Below, piece by piece: positions 37,701-46,137 of a stretch of 64,000 nucleotides of DNA. The stretch covers positions 210,889-274,888 of the forward strand of contig JBBTCT010000007.1 of assembly GCA_038060895.1 (NCBI GenBank), written 5' to 3'. Position 1 is the first letter of the stretch. The number at the start of each line of letters is the position of its first letter. A model generated the notes under the pieces. The model did no database searches and was not told the DNA's origin. It saw only the letters and a program-made list of their open reading frames with translations. Made by a program: the position numbers and the translations under genes. This DNA is from Planctomycetota bacterium. Lineage in GTDB: Bacteria > Planctomycetota > MHYJ01 > WSZJ01.

Positions 37701-38371
37701 GTGGAGTCCCCTGCACCGTCCAGCACTTCCAGCGACCCGGTCCCACCGTACGCCAGGACAACGCGATCGCCCTCGACGCGGGCCGTCACCGGCATCCCCG
37801 CCGCATTCAAGCCGTCCACCACATCCTGCACGCCCGCTGCCGCCCGAAGATCCACCGACGCCGTCGTCGTCGTCGCCCCCACGGTCTGACGGAGGAGGAC
37901 CATTCCCCGGTCCACCCCGGCGCCGGCATTCAGGGAATCCAGCGGCGTGTTCCGCGACAGCCCCTGCCCTCCCAGCTCGATCGAAATCTCCCCCGAGACC
38001 CCGAGCGCCGCAGTCGCACTCGCAAACCCACCGCTCCTCAACTGCTGCGCCTGCGCGAGCCGCTTCACCTCGAACAGGTACGACCCGGAAACGCCCCCGT
38101 TCGAAGTCGCCAGGAGCACCATTTCGTTGGAGCTGGACGCCGATGTGCGGCCGAAAAGCGAAGAATCGGCGAGAGGAGAAGCAGCCGTCTGAACGCCGAG
38201 CAGGGCGCTGGCGAGGTCCATGTAGGCCGCCTGCTTCGCGGTCTGGGTCGTGACGCGGTTCTCTAGCGTCTGGACGGAGCGTCGCTGAAGAGACGTCAGC
38301 GCGTCGATGACCGCGCCGAGGTCCAGTCCGCTGGACGCTCCGCTGAAGCTGAGGCCGGTCACGCTCGCCAT
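34763..38371 (-). CDS. fliD: Flagellar filament cap protein FliD (very large, 1202 aa)
   Basis: N-terminal SGASSGLDLGAVIDAL...VKRLAQAQ; C-terminal GQDAQV, GPLFGD and RRFAALEEFLSQ; lies between flaG and fliS. Confidence 0.92.
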   Translation of the reverse strand: MASVTGLSFSGASSGLDLGAVIDALTSLQRRSVQTLENRVTTQTAKQAAYMDLASALLGVQTAASPLADSSLFGRTSASSSNEMVLLATSNGGVSGSYLFEVKRLAQAQQLRSGGFASATAALGVSGEISIELGGQGLSRNTPLDSLNAGAGVDRGMVLLRQTVGATTTTASVDLRAAAGVQDVVDGLNAAGMPVTARVEGDRVVLAYGGTGSLEVLDGAGDSTASDLGLTGTLAAGETRFGANVNHVTAATKLALLNDGAGVRQKAGTDFTVTSTDGTAYAVEIAGAATVGDVMAAITAATGGAVTAALNAEGNAIQLTDTAGGAGNLTVTAAAGSNAALDLGLLVSSELAGDPSAGAGRNFLAGARLIGDLNGLLARTLNGGSSLCYPDGSVPAATDIQGVTGGSISIGDTAGGSTSVDLSGRYRTAVTGVVSADTLTIAGGADIRAGMVLRLSDGAVNEYAVVESTTAAGGGAFDVTFTAPVAAVGGAGAFRSRETVNAVVAEINRAGTGLFEARFNTEGNGLVLLDLAGGAGSLAVSEAGSTTARDLGLVSASTAGSVTATSVSSADLTGMDSSTFVNQSLTFTTGAAAGTSFTVTAFDASTGNLTLSGDPLAAGALAGDAFRLGSDPARIPGADTDPALLTDNTPLAALNAGSGVMAGKIRVTDRTGTSFTVDLSQSDDDTVFDVVDEINAAASSVGSSLRARIDDAGDGILLSQAAGAGAIRVDEVAGGRTARDLRLLGVAPLSSPGTLDGTFEIRAAISSGDSLNAVVTRLNALGIPISAAAVSDGSLGTPFRLSLISTQPGSRGRVVVDTNVGSLTMGLLAAGQDAQVLTGSGSSTALIQSPGNTVTGAAPGLTLDLRGPGGPVSVAVNADTSAVKEAVKDLASAFNAAADLIDQLGSFDTATNSAGPLFGDPTLRAADRALYDLFNRPVTGLPSGSIRDFATLGLELGQDGRFSVNETKLDAALASTPDQVRDFFSAGRTLALDTKLADFRNGLGVSRNSSGDDFKVTLHDGTSVSVSLAGVKSVSQLLDRINTDAENTGSLLASISPDGRSIQLSDATAGAASFRLEPLGGSPAAAQLGLQQAVDGAPLLTGAPVDLTRDPGAARRAVEGLDTLATSPDGLISRKTTGIESTIESLREDIETAEKRVQDTVDRLTRRFAALEEFLSQNNATLALLNASLAPLLQSMRSGGSR

Positions 38372-38731
38372 CTAGGCCACCTCGTCAAAGAGGATGCCGA
38401 TCGACCGCTCCAGTGCGGCGCGGAAGTCAAGCAACTGCTCCGGCGGCACGGTCTTGAGCACCTTGTTGGTGCTCGGGTCCAGCACGCGCACGTAGAACTC
38501 CCCGCTCGCCTCGTGGATCCCGAACCGCAGGTCGACGGACTGGCGCGCGGCCCGCGCGTTGGCCTGCTCTATCGCGGCCTTGATCCCTTCCGCCACTCCC
38601 GGCGTCGGCTTCGGCTCAGGCGCGGGCGGCTCCCGCGGGGTCGCCGGCGGCCGTGCAAACAAAACCCCCGTCAGCTCGCCAAACGTCGTCGGCTGCGGGG
38701 CCTGCGACCTGATGGAAAAGTTTTCAGTCAT
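38372..38731 (-). CDS. flaG: Flagellar protein FlaG
   Basis: LRFGIHEASGEFYVRVLDPSTNKVLKTVPPEQLL...GILFDEVA. Confidence 0.9.
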   Translation of the reverse strand: MTENFSIRSQAPQPTTFGELTGVLFARPPATPREPPAPEPKPTPGVAEGIKAAIEQANARAARQSVDLRFGIHEASGEFYVRVLDPSTNKVLKTVPPEQLLDFRAALERSIGILFDEVA

Positions 38732-38759
38732 GGCTCTCTTCCTTACGAGTTCTTTTCAG

Positions 38760-38802
38760 CCGGAAGAGGCGGCCCGCCCGGATCTGCGGGCCGCCCTTCC
38801 GG
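38760..38802 (-). terminator. Stem-loop after flagellin (partial terminator or mRNA stabiliser)
   Basis: CCGGAAG-GCGGCCCGC...GCGGGCCGC-CTTCCGG stem; no U run on the minus strand. Confidence 0.55.
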
Positions 38803-38807
38803 TGGAT

Positions 38808-40256
38808 TTACTGCAGCAGCGTCAGCACGGTCTGCGGAATCAGGTTGGCGCTTCCGAGGACCGAGATGCCGGCCTGGAAGAGGACCTGGGTCCGTGTGAA
38901 CTCTGCGGTTTCGGCAGCGAAGTCGAGGTCACGGATGCTGCTTTCGGCCGCGGTGATGTTCTCGATGGAGACCTCGAGGTTGTTGAGATTAGGCTCGAGG
39001 TTGAAGGACTGGAGTGCGCCGAGGAACCCGCGGAGGCCGGTGATCTGGCTCACCGCCGCGTCGATGATCTTGAGCGCGTTGGCGGGGTTCTTGGTGAGGT
39101 CGTTGGCTCCTCCGGTCGTCAGCGACGACAGGAAGCCGCCCTCGGTCACCGCAGAACCTGCGGCCGCGGTGCCCAGAACGTCGGAGCGGGTGTCAAAACC
39201 GAGCTTGGAAGAGCTGATGTCCCGGATCCCGAGGGCGATCCGGTCGGTGGGCGAAGCAGTCTCGTTCACCTGGAACTCGACGCCGGAATTGGCAATCGTG
39301 AGGAACGTCGCGATGGGGCCGACGAGCGTCGCCGGAGTAATGTCGACGTCCGCGCTGAGATTGCCGGTGTTGATGGAGAAGTGCAGGCCCTTGCCGACGA
39401 ACGACTGGCCGTCGACGAGAAGCACGCCGTCAACGCCCGCAGTGCCGGTGTTGGACCCGGCTGCCAGGCCGCCGACCACGCCGGACAGCACTTCGATGTT
39501 GATGAACTGTTCCGATCCGAAGCCTTCGCTGGCAGCGGTGCCGGGCACGCTCATGTACACGCCAGTTTCCTGCGCGACGGCGTCGATGGCATCCTCGACG
39601 TCCGCTGCGGCAGTTGCGCCGGCAAACGTGATCTCACGGCTGCCCAGTTCCCCCGTCACGCGAATCGTCGCGGCTCCAACCGTCGCGCCGACGCCCGCCA
39701 CCGTCCGCTGCGTCCCGTCGACCGTATAGCTGGCCGCAAACGTCCGGGACGTCGTGCCCGGCGCAAACGCCACGCGCCGGAGATCCAGGTTCTGGATCGC
39801 CGCCGACTGCGCCGTGACGTCGTAGCCTTTCGAACCGTTCAGAAGCGACCCATCCGCAAAGCGGGTCGTCTGGGAAATCCGGTTGATTGCCGAAATCGCC
39901 TGGTCCACGCTGGCCTGTTCCGCCGCCACCTGGTCGGGGCTGGAAGCGCCGGTGTTGAGAGCAAAAATCGCGCTCTGCCGGATGTCGTTGAGCAAGTCGC
40001 TGGCCTGCTGAAGCGCGGCGTCCGCCGTGCCGATCATGTTCGTCGCGTTCTGCGTGTTCTCAGACGCCTGCCTCAGGCCGGAGAGCTGGCCGCGAAGCTG
40101 TTCCGAGATGACGAGTCCGGACGGGTCGTCGGAAGCGCGGTTGATGCGGAGGCCGGTCGAAAGCCTCTCGAGGGACGTCTGCTGGGCCTGGTCGGTCTGG
40201 CGCAGGTTCTTCAGCGCGCGGATCGCGGCCAGGTTCGTATTGATACGAAGCGTCAT
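38808..40256 (-). CDS. fliC: Flagellin
   Basis: MTLRINTN...ERLSTGLRINRASDDPSGL and AAESSIRDLDFAAETAEFTRTQVLFQAGISVL. Confidence 0.97.
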   Translation of the reverse strand: MTLRINTNLAAIRALKNLRQTDQAQQTSLERLSTGLRINRASDDPSGLVISEQLRGQLSGLRQASENTQNATNMIGTADAALQQASDLLNDIRQSAIFALNTGASSPDQVAAEQASVDQAISAINRISQTTRFADGSLLNGSKGYDVTAQSAAIQNLDLRRVAFAPGTTSRTFAASYTVDGTQRTVAGVGATVGAATIRVTGELGSREITFAGATAAADVEDAIDAVAQETGVYMSVPGTAASEGFGSEQFINIEVLSGVVGGLAAGSNTGTAGVDGVLLVDGQSFVGKGLHFSINTGNLSADVDITPATLVGPIATFLTIANSGVEFQVNETASPTDRIALGIRDISSSKLGFDTRSDVLGTAAAGSAVTEGGFLSSLTTGGANDLTKNPANALKIIDAAVSQITGLRGFLGALQSFNLEPNLNNLEVSIENITAAESSIRDLDFAAETAEFTRTQVLFQAGISVLGSANLIPQTVLTLLQ

Positions 40257-40260
40257 TGTT

Positions 40261-40299
40261 CATCCTCCGTGATGTGTTGAATCCGGGGCATCCATGCCC
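40261..40299 (-). promoter_or_regulatory. Two CsrA-binding hairpins in the flagellin leader
   Basis: GGGCA-TGGA-TGCCC (40286-40299) and CATC-ACGGAG-GATG overlapping the SD (40261-40274). Confidence 0.75.
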
Positions 40300-40434
40300 G
40301 CGGGGGTTGCCGGAAAAGCGGTCCGGGCGGCCGGGACGGCGGTGAAGGCACCTCCTCCTTTAAGGGGATCTGGCCGGAGGGTACCAAATCCCCTGGGGGG
40401 TGGTGGAAGCGCGATTTTTCGGCGTCCCCGGAAT

Positions 40435-40704
40435 TCATGGTTTGGGGCCTGGCGCCGGCGGGGGCGCAGGGCCGTTCTTTTGCTTCTTCTTGAAAAGTTC
40501 CGCGGCCGCCGCGACATCCTTTGAGTCCGCGGCCGCAATGTTCGCATCACGAAGCGCCAGCCACACTTCCTTGCGGTGGACCGGTACGCTGGGCGGGGCG
40601 GCGATCCCGAGCTTCACTTTGTCGCCCTTGACCTCGAGCACGGTCACCTCGATCCCGTCCCCGATGATGATCGCCTCATCCTTGCCGCGAGTCAGGACTA
40701 GCAT
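40435..40704 (-). CDS. csrA: Carbon storage regulator CsrA
   Basis: [47 protein letters not shown] plus a C-terminal extension (NIAAA) typical of FliW-binding CsrA. Confidence 0.96.
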   Translation of the reverse strand: MLVLTRGKDEAIIIGDGIEVTVLEVKGDKVKLGIAAPPSVPVHRKEVWLALRDANIAAADSKDVAAAAELFKKKQKNGPAPPPAPGPKP

Positions 40705-41138
40705 GGCGCGGCCGCCCCGAAGACCGGGACGCGCGTAAACGCGACCGGCTTCGCAAGGACGAGCTGGCGGGCAAGCATGGTGCCGGGGTTGAAGATGAGC
40801 GGGCCAAGAAGGTTGGCGGTCGTGAGTTTCGGGTCGGAGGGAACGGTCAGGATCGCGAGGACGAAGCCCTTCGCGACGTCTGCGAGCCCGATCGGCGCGA
40901 GATCTTCCGCCTTTACGACGACCGTGTAATCCGGCGCGAAGAGCAGAGGGTCGCACGTGACCAGCGCCAGTTCGGGCTTGTCCGCGGACTGGAGCCACTG
41001 GAACGGAGCGCCGCCGGGGTCGGGGAGGAGGACGAAGCGGGAGGCCCCCGGGAATCCGGGGAGGCCCGAGGGGAAGGTGTAGACGTCGGCTTCCGCAATG
41101 GGGATGGGACCGAAACGGCGTGTGGGGAGGGTTGGCAT
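40698..41138 (-). CDS. fliW: Flagellar assembly factor FliW
   Basis: [21 protein letters not shown] and [11 protein letters not shown]. Confidence 0.93.
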   Translation of the reverse strand: MPTLPTRRFGPIPIAEADVYTFPSGLPGFPGASRFVLLPDPGGAPFQWLQSADKPELALVTCDPLLFAPDYTVVVKAEDLAPIGLADVAKGFVLAILTVPSDPKLTTANLLGPLIFNPGTMLARQLVLAKPVAFTRVPVFGAAAPC

Positions 41139-41160
41139 GGGGTGAATTTAATTGGTGGAA

Positions 41161-41250
41161 CGACAAATCCCAACTCCAACCCCAACTTCAAATTCAACGC
41201 TGGCTCGACCGCTGCCGCCCGCCGCGGTGCCCTGTTGGGATTTGGGTTCA
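41161..41250. repeat. Degenerate hexamer repeat with short inverted arms
   Basis: AAATCC CAACTC CAACCC CAACTT CAAATT units; AAATCCCAAC pairs with GTTGGGATTT. Confidence 0.55.
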
Positions 41251-41271
41251 TTCGCTCTTCCGTTCACGCGA

Positions 41272-43698
41272 TCACCCTAAGAAATCGAACAGCGTCGTCT
41301 GCAGCATCTTCGCCGCGCTCGCCAGACTCGCTTCCAGCACAATCTGCTCCTGTGTCAGCCGCACCGCCGCTTCCGCAAAATCGACGTCTTCCGTCGCGCT
41401 GAGCAGTCCCTGGAACGTGACGGTCTCGTCCTCGAGCCGGTTCCGCGTGAGCTCGAGGCGGCGGGCGCGGGCGCCGGCTTCGGCACGGCCGTTGAGAACG
41501 GTCGTGCGCGCGGCCGCAAGGCGGTCGGCGGCTGCGGCGATGCGCTGTGAGTCGTTCGAGACCAACGCGTCGCGCAGCTCGATGAGAGCCGCAAATGCAG
41601 AAGCGTCGCGGAGGCCGGTGGCGCTGAGAGGGTCGCCCGTGAGCGTCAGCACCGGGTCGACGCCGGCCGGATTCACGACGGTTTTCTCGATTCCGAGCAT
41701 CTGAGCCGCGAACGAACTTCCCACGGCTGCGACGCTGAAATTACTGCCGCCGTCCGCCCCGCGGTCGTCGATGAAGAGCGCGCCGGTGGCCTCGTCGGTG
41801 TAGGCGAGCACGGGAGAACCGAGGGAGACATTGCCTGCGGCCGTGTTGATGCGGTCAATGACGGCCGCGATGGTCGTGGCTCCGTCGAGGTCGACGTCGA
41901 ACGTCGCGCCGGTTTTCGTCGTGAAGCGCAGGTCGGGCCCCGCCGAGGTCAGGACGCCGCTTCCCGCATTCAGCTGCGAAGTCTCTTTGCGTCGAAGGGA
42001 GTCGAGCCACCCGAGGGTGGAAGCGGTTTCGCCGCCGCCCGTGTTGGTGACGCGCAGGTCGCCGCCGGAGAGGAGCTGGCGGAGCGCGAGGGAGCGCCCG
42101 TCCGCCGCGATTTCGACAGAGGCCTGCACCCCGGCGCCGCGGACGAGGTTGGTGAGATCCTCGACGGTGAACGCGGAGGCGAGGGAAACGGTGCCGCCAA
42201 GCTGGCCGTTTGAAATTGCCAGGCCCGTTTTGTCGAGGCCGAGGCCGCCGCGGAACTGGGCGAGCTGCGTTCCCTGGGAAATCACGGGATCGAGGTCGCT
42301 TCCGGTCACGACCAGAGGCGAGCCCGCAGACGCGGTGAGGATCCCGAGCTGCGCGGCCGTGTTGCCACCGCCTTCTTCGGAGACGACGATCGTTCCGGCC
42401 GCGGTGTGCGTCAGCTCAAGACCGTTGCCGGCAGCATTCAGTCCGGCGGTGACCGGAAGGGCTGCCGTCCCGAAGGCGTTGTTGAACGCGTCAAGGACGT
42501 CGCCGACATCCTTTGCTCCCGAGAGGTCCACGACTACGGACGGGCCGCCGACGCCGTCCTGGACGCGCAGGCTGCCCAGGTTCACGCCGAGGCCGCCGCG
42601 GAGCTGGCCGAGTTGCGTCGAAGCCGCGCGGATTTCGAAGGTGTCGCCCGCGGCGAAAGCCGCGCCGAACGGCGTGCCGAACGTGAGCGTGCCCGTCGCG
42701 GAATCGAAGTCGGTGATCTGCCGCACGGCGCCCGCGTTCGCGCCGGTCAGGACGCGAAGCTCGAGCGAATTGTAGGCGTTGTCCCCGTCGCCGGTCAGAG
42801 CGGCCGTGACGATCGTCCCGGGGCCTGAAGCGGCCGTCGCGGCGCCGGCCTTGCCTCCGCGCGTCACCGTCGGGTCGAGGTCGAGGCGGATGTCGTACCC
42901 TTCCCCGCCCGCGAACGCCGAAGGAAATGCCGACGCGAACGTAAACGTCCCGGTCGCGCTGGAGAACGCGGTGATCCGCCTCGCGAGCCCCGCGTTCGGT
43001 CCCGTGCGGACGACGAGGTCGTAACCGACGTAGGCGTCGGTGCCATGGCCGATGAAGCTGGAATCCGTCAGAGTCGCGGCTCCCGTCGCCGCCGTCGAAC
43101 TCCCCGTCGCCTGCGCTTCAAGAAGCGCCGTGGCGCCCAGCGCATTCGTCGCCGCAATGTTGTCGGGAGCCACGAGCGCGTCGCCGAACGACCTCAGGAT
43201 CGCCGAAAGATCCCCCGTGAATGCGACGCCGCCCGCCGCCGTCGCAAACGGCGGCGCCTTTGAAGCGCCCCCGAAGACGGGCCGGCCCTCAAACTGCGCA
43301 TTCGCCAGCGACAGCAGCTGGTTGATCATCTCTCCGACTTCCGTCGCCGCTCCCAGCCGCGTCGCTGCCGTCGCGGTCCCCGTCGCTTCCCCCAGCGCGA
43401 TCGAGCGCGCGGAATCCAGGAGGTCCGAGACTCCGCCCAGCGACGCGTCCGCGTAGCCGAGCCGGGCGAAAGCATCATTCGAGTTCTTCACGTACGCTGC
43501 GTTGCGGTCGATGCGGCCCCGGTAGCCGAGGGCCAGCGAAGTGCCGACGGGGTCAATGGACGGGCGCACGAGCCGCTTCCCCGTCGAAAGCTGCTCCTGG
43601 ACCAGCAGCAACGCCAGCTGCGACCGGTTCAGCCCGCGAAGGATCGTGTCCCGCGTGAGCGAGTTGGTCGACCTGGCAGCGATCGGATCGATAGCCAT
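41272..43698 (-). CDS. flgL: Flagellar hook-associated protein 3 FlgL (808 aa)
   Basis: QEQLSTGKRLVRPSIDPVG, LANAQFEGRPVFGG and EDVDFAEAAVRL...TLFDFL. Confidence 0.93.
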   Translation of the reverse strand: MAIDPIAARSTNSLTRDTILRGLNRSQLALLLVQEQLSTGKRLVRPSIDPVGTSLALGYRGRIDRNAAYVKNSNDAFARLGYADASLGGVSDLLDSARSIALGEATGTATAATRLGAATEVGEMINQLLSLANAQFEGRPVFGGASKAPPFATAAGGVAFTGDLSAILRSFGDALVAPDNIAATNALGATALLEAQATGSSTAATGAATLTDSSFIGHGTDAYVGYDLVVRTGPNAGLARRITAFSSATGTFTFASAFPSAFAGGEGYDIRLDLDPTVTRGGKAGAATAASGPGTIVTAALTGDGDNAYNSLELRVLTGANAGAVRQITDFDSATGTLTFGTPFGAAFAAGDTFEIRAASTQLGQLRGGLGVNLGSLRVQDGVGGPSVVVDLSGAKDVGDVLDAFNNAFGTAALPVTAGLNAAGNGLELTHTAAGTIVVSEEGGGNTAAQLGILTASAGSPLVVTGSDLDPVISQGTQLAQFRGGLGLDKTGLAISNGQLGGTVSLASAFTVEDLTNLVRGAGVQASVEIAADGRSLALRQLLSGGDLRVTNTGGGETASTLGWLDSLRRKETSQLNAGSGVLTSAGPDLRFTTKTGATFDVDLDGATTIAAVIDRINTAAGNVSLGSPVLAYTDEATGALFIDDRGADGGSNFSVAAVGSSFAAQMLGIEKTVVNPAGVDPVLTLTGDPLSATGLRDASAFAALIELRDALVSNDSQRIAAAADRLAAARTTVLNGRAEAGARARRLELTRNRLEDETVTFQGLLSATEDVDFAEAAVRLTQEQIVLEASLASAAKMLQTTLFDFLG

Positions 43699-43706
43699 GC
43701 GTGCCT

Positions 43707-45638
43707 CTAGAGCTGGTTGATCAGCGTGTCCAGCAACGTATCGACCGTCGCAATGAATCTCGCCGCCGCCTGGTACGCCCTCTGGTGCGTCAGCAGATTC
43801 ACCGCCTCCTCGTCGAGATTCACCCCGCTCAGCCGCTCGCGCTCCGCCTCGAGCTGCGCTTCCAGGAACGACTGGCTCTCCGCGCGGTCCGCCGCCTCTG
43901 CGCTCCTCGTGCCGAGAGCGCTCTCAAGCCCACGGTAGAAGTCCTCGACGGAAGCGGTCCCCGCGAGCAGCGACTTTGCGTTGCGGATGGCGGCGAGCGC
44001 CTGGGCGGCGCCGTTGTCATTCGTGGCGTTGCTGAAACCCGCCGAGAGGCGCGCGGGGTCGGAGGCCAGCTGTGAATCGACCGCAATGGTGAGGGCGTCG
44101 CGACCCGAGAAGAACGAGTTCAGGCCGACAGAAGCGAGGAAGCCGCTGGTGTCGCTGGCAAAATTGAAGCGCGACGACGGAGAATTCGCCGTGATCTGGA
44201 GGCGTCCGTCGGCCGTGACGGTTGCCGTGACCATCGAGCCGGCTTCCGCGTTGATTTCGGCGGCGACGGAGGCCAGGGTCGAATCGCTGGGAAGCGGGAG
44301 GCTCTTGTCGAGATCGACCTCAATGTTGAAGGTCGTGACGCTTCCAGTCGATTCGTCGGTCACGCGCAGGTCGAACGAGCCGTCGGTGACGGGAAACGGA
44401 AGGGCGGTGACGTCGAACGCATCGCCGGCGGCGAAGGGCGCGTCGAACGGGCGATCCAGGAGGAGCGTGCCGCTGGTGCCGTCGAAATCCAGGACACGGC
44501 GTCGCTGGCCGGCGTTGGCGCCGGTGCGGGCCACGAGGTCGAGGCCGTTGAAAGTGTCGTCCGGGTACCCCGCGAGATCGGTGGCACGCACGGTCGTCCC
44601 GGCCGGGGTCCCGGTCACGGTCCCGGCAGTCGAGAGCGGAACGCCCGATGGCGTCGCATGGTTCGAGATGAGCGACGAAAACCGGACGAGACCGGTTCCC
44701 GAGCTCTGCACCCTGTTCACTTCGTAGATCACCGCGCGCGCCAGGTCGTTCAGGTCGTCGAGAAAAGCGGGGATGTCCTTCCGGATCGAGTCGAGCAGCC
44801 CGGCCAGTTCTCCCCCGCCCGGCGCCAGCTTCGTCCCCGTCGCCGCGAACGCAGGCACGTCCACGCGCGACCCGCGGTCCGTCTCCGCCGTCGTCGTCAA
44901 CGTCGCGCTCGTCCCTTCAAGCACCAGGAACTCGCTCCCCGCCAGCACGTTTACCGCCCCCGTGCTGGTCTCCACCGTCCGGATCGACACTTTCTGCGCC
45001 AGTTCGCGCAGCAACTCCCCGCGCCGGTCGCGAAGGTCGTTGGCCGCGTTCGGCGCCGCGCCGCCAGCTTCCGACGCCACGATGTCCCTGTTCAGCCGCG
45101 AGATCTCGCCAGTCAGCCGGTTGACTTCGTCCACCCCCGCACGCACCTGCTGGTTCAACGACTCCCGGTCCGCCACGATGTTCGTCGCGACAAGCCGGAA
45201 CGCATCCGCCAGCGCCGCACCCTGCTCAATCATGCTCCCCCGCGCCGCCGCATCCGCCGGCCGCGCCGCCAGCGTCTCCGCCGCGACGAAAAATCCGTCC
45301 AGCGACGACGAGAGGCCCTGACCTGAGATGTCGTTGAAAAGCGCCTCCAGCCTGGCAAAAGTCCCGCTCCTCGCCGAGGCCGCACCGAGCTGCGACGTCG
45401 AATCCCGCAGCCGTCCTTCAAGCGACGTGTCGATGATGCGCCGCACGGAACCCGCCGCGACGCCGCGGCCGAGAAATGCGTTGCCGAATCGCTGCCCCTC
45501 GATCGCCGCCAGGTCCACCCTCTGTCGCGAATACCCCGGCGTCGTCGCGTTGGCGATGTTGTGGCCCGTAGTCTGCACCGCCGCCTGCTGCGCAGTCAGC
45601 GCGGTCAGGCCCAGGTTCAGGTTGGTGAAGAGGCTCAT
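43707..45638 (-). CDS. flgK: Flagellar hook-associated protein 1 FlgK
   Basis: GHNIANATTPGYSRQ, ANDLRDRR and SGVNLDEEAVNLLTHQRAYQAAAR. Confidence 0.96.
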   Translation of the reverse strand: MSLFTNLNLGLTALTAQQAAVQTTGHNIANATTPGYSRQRVDLAAIEGQRFGNAFLGRGVAAGSVRRIIDTSLEGRLRDSTSQLGAASARSGTFARLEALFNDISGQGLSSSLDGFFVAAETLAARPADAAARGSMIEQGAALADAFRLVATNIVADRESLNQQVRAGVDEVNRLTGEISRLNRDIVASEAGGAAPNAANDLRDRRGELLRELAQKVSIRTVETSTGAVNVLAGSEFLVLEGTSATLTTTAETDRGSRVDVPAFAATGTKLAPGGGELAGLLDSIRKDIPAFLDDLNDLARAVIYEVNRVQSSGTGLVRFSSLISNHATPSGVPLSTAGTVTGTPAGTTVRATDLAGYPDDTFNGLDLVARTGANAGQRRRVLDFDGTSGTLLLDRPFDAPFAAGDAFDVTALPFPVTDGSFDLRVTDESTGSVTTFNIEVDLDKSLPLPSDSTLASVAAEINAEAGSMVTATVTADGRLQITANSPSSRFNFASDTSGFLASVGLNSFFSGRDALTIAVDSQLASDPARLSAGFSNATNDNGAAQALAAIRNAKSLLAGTASVEDFYRGLESALGTRSAEAADRAESQSFLEAQLEAERERLSGVNLDEEAVNLLTHQRAYQAAARFIATVDTLLDTLINQL

Positions 45639-45647
45639 GCGGGTTTC

Positions 45648-46124
45648 CTAAGCGACGCTGTCGACAATGTTCACGCGGGAGGACGACGGCGGCGGCGCTT
45701 CCGCCCCGCGTCGCGTGTAGGCCGCGGCGTCGATCTCGACGCCGGTGAGAACGAGAAGCGTCTCGCGTACGTGCGCGAGCGACTGCTCCGCCAGCGCCCG
45801 ATTGAGGTCGTTGGCGCGCGCGACATCGACGATCAGTTTCTGGAGCCGGTCGCGAAGCGGCATGAACCTCGGGTCGCGATCTGCAATCTGCCGGAGCGTC
45901 GCGCCGGGAGCGAGTCCAGTCACGCGTCCCGCCTCGGCCGCGGCCCGGCGGCGCATCGCGTCGGCCTCGCCCAGTCTCGAGAGCATCGCCTCCTCCTGTG
46001 CGACGATCCGGTCCACGTCCGCCGTCTTCAGCGACACCAGCGCGTCGCGTTTCTGCGCCAGAAGAGCGAGCAGTTCGCCGTAGAGCCGGGATTCGTTCTC
46101 GAGCGCCGTGATCAATGTGTTCAT
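45648..46124 (-). CDS. flgN: Flagellar export chaperone FlgN
   Basis: Helical LENESRLYGELLALLAQKRDAL...NDLNRAL...YTRRG; immediately upstream of flgK. Confidence 0.8.
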   Translation of the reverse strand: MNTLITALENESRLYGELLALLAQKRDALVSLKTADVDRIVAQEEAMLSRLGEADAMRRRAAAEAGRVTGLAPGATLRQIADRDPRFMPLRDRLQKLIVDVARANDLNRALAEQSLAHVRETLLVLTGVEIDAAAYTRRGAEAPPPSSSRVNIVDSVA

Positions 46125-46137
46125 CGTGGGTCTCCGT

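Noticed and set aside
40333-40363. TAAAG...GCCGTCCC as the flagellin sigma28 promoter
   Set aside because: Spacer of 18 nt and a poor -10; not convincing enough to call.
34763-45638. Prophage interpretation of the phage-tail-like modules
   Set aside because: The modules are in-frame inserts within intact flagellar genes; no integrase, capsid, terminase or att sites were seen.
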